From IMG/VR virus record IMGVR_UViG_3300050343_000212: a DNA stretch of 64,000 nucleotides; one strand, written 5' to 3'. Under the pieces are notes generated by a model. The model was not told the DNA's origin. It saw only the letters and a list, made by a program, of their open reading frames with translations, and did no database searches. A program made the translations under genes and the position numbers. Below are positions 62,804 through 64,000 of this stretch, piece after piece. This stretch comes from a virus. Each line of letters starts with the position of its first letter. The stretch's first letter is position 1.

Positions 62804-62871
62804 ATTATATCACTTTCATAAGTAGTTGACAATACCTTGAATTAACAATAGAATAGGTTTGTCCAGGATGA
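62804..62871. promoter_or_regulatory. overlapping divergent promoters upstream of gp55; antisense copy 2
   Basis: Minus TTGTCA-17-TATAAT(62804-09); plus TTGACA(62826-31)-17-TAGAAT(62849-54) then AGGTTTGTCCAGGATGA. Confidence 0.65.
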
Positions 62872-62880
62872 AAGGGAACC

Positions 62881-63282
62881 TTAGCTTTTATTATAGAGTT
62901 TCTCTAGAACCTCTTTAGCTTCATGTACTGTAGACAAAAATCCCATCTTTCTATCTAGTTTTATATTATTCGTTTTATTAAGTTTACGAACATATTCTTG
63001 ATAATATACAATCATCTCAATACTATCTGATTCAGACATAGTAATGACCTGATCCATATTTATAATGAACATATCATCACTAGCGGTTTTCAACCAAGGT
63101 TCCATTTTGTAACCTTGAAACTTACCCCTATGGGTAATTTCTTCAACAACAATAGGATTGGAAAGAAGTAACAGTGTCCTATCATCTTCTTCCATAGCAG
63201 CTACTTTAGTAAATATTTCGTCACCAGATCTTAGTTTGATTGTAGCATAAAAATCATCTTGTATCTCCATGTCCATAGACAC
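62881..63282 (-). CDS. hypothetical Sm-like protein
   Basis: FYATIKLRSGDEIF. Confidence 0.7.
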   Translation of the reverse strand: MSMDMEIQDDFYATIKLRSGDEIFTKVAAMEEDDRTLLLLSNPIVVEEITHRGKFQGYKMEPWLKTASDDMFIINMDQVITMSESDSIEMIVYYQEYVRKLNKTNNIKLDRKMGFLSTVHEAKEVLEKLYNKS

Positions 63283-63291
63283 TCTCCTTTT

Positions 63292-64000
63292 CTAATCTTT
63301 TAAAATTATTGATATAATTTCATAATTGAATTGTTCTTGAACATATATTTTCACTCTTTCAATAAAATGATTCAAAGTATAGTTCTTCCTTGACCCCATA
63401 GTTGCATCATCTGCAATATCATAGAGTTTAGCTTTCACTTTATCTTTGCCTTTTCTTAGGACTCTACCAATAGACTGTAAGTTCCGAATACGAGACTTTG
63501 ATGGAGAGGCAAATATTACGTTGTGAAGGTTTTTGATGTTAATCCCTGTACTGAAAGTTCCGAAGGAGGCAACGATGATAGCGTCTTTCTCTTCCTCTGT
63601 AATCTTTCTAACTTGTTCTCTGGATTCTGCATCCACACCACCATGGATGAAGAAGACCTTTCTACCGGCTGATACCTTGTTATTTATTAGGTCATAGAGT
63701 ATGGCACCATGTGTCTCAACTCTTGTATAAAGAACCAAGGTGTTACCCTTCAAATCAACTGACAGATTTGATATGAATTTGTTTCTGTTCTCATGAGATA
63801 TGAGATACTTGATTTCATCCTCATATGTATCAAACTTTTGAGGACGGTGTTTTAAAACAAGACACTGAATATCAAGTTTAGCTAGATGACCTTCATCAAT
63901 TAGCTTCTTAGTTCCTGTTACTTTGTATGACGGACCAAACAGTCCCTCTAAGACCCACTTATGGGTCTGTGTCCCGTCTAAAGTACCAGTAAACCCATAT
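63292..64000 (-). CDS. uvsW: UvsW SF2 helicase (C-terminal part; runs off window)
   Basis: TGTLDG, ASFGTFSTGINI, QSIGRVLR. Confidence 0.95.
   Translation of the reverse strand, partial: YGFTGTLDGTQTHKWVLEGLFGPSYKVTGTKKLIDEGHLAKLDIQCLVLKHRPQKFDTYEDEIKYLISHENRNKFISNLSVDLKGNTLVLYTRVETHGAILYDLINNKVSAGRKVFFIHGGVDAESREQVRKITEEEKDAIIVASFGTFSTGINIKNLHNVIFASPSKSRIRNLQSIGRVLRKGKDKVKAKLYDIADDATMGSRKNYTLNHFIERVKIYVQEQFNYEIISIILKD

Overview
This window is a ~64 kb segment of a T4-like cyanomyovirus genome (marine Synechococcus/Prochlorococcus myophage), almost all on the minus strand. Left to right it holds: (1) a photosynthesis/AMG region (psbD, psbA with a PhotoRC-II-like leader, petE, petF, two hli genes, a DUF680-like protein); (2) a ~10.7 kb island of 13 glycosyltransferase, methyltransferase and epimerase genes; (3) six tRNAs with structured spacers, plus def and talC; (4) nrdB/nrdA, primase, a Dam-type methylase, mazG; (5) the T4 replication core (gp41, uvsX, gp43, regA, gp62, gp44, gp45, cobS, gp46, gp47, gp55, uvsW) interleaved with purM, purS and purC. 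The sequence looks error-rich: essential genes carry homopolymer-type frameshifts and several apparent deletions of about 0.1-0.5 kb, as in an unpolished long read, so broken genes are not called pseudogenes. Best leads: (a) an 8-4-8 palindromic box 30-31 nt upstream of the -10 hexamer at five promoters, including psbA; (b) a DNA polymerase split in the fingers domain with purM between the halves; (c) two antisense sigma70-type promoters 59 kb apart that share a 17-nt downstream sequence; (d) a glycan pathway pairing a GDP-mannose 3,5-epimerase-like enzyme with two GT11 enzymes; (e) compact structured RNAs in the tRNA cluster. All family calls come from motif recognition by eye, without database searches.
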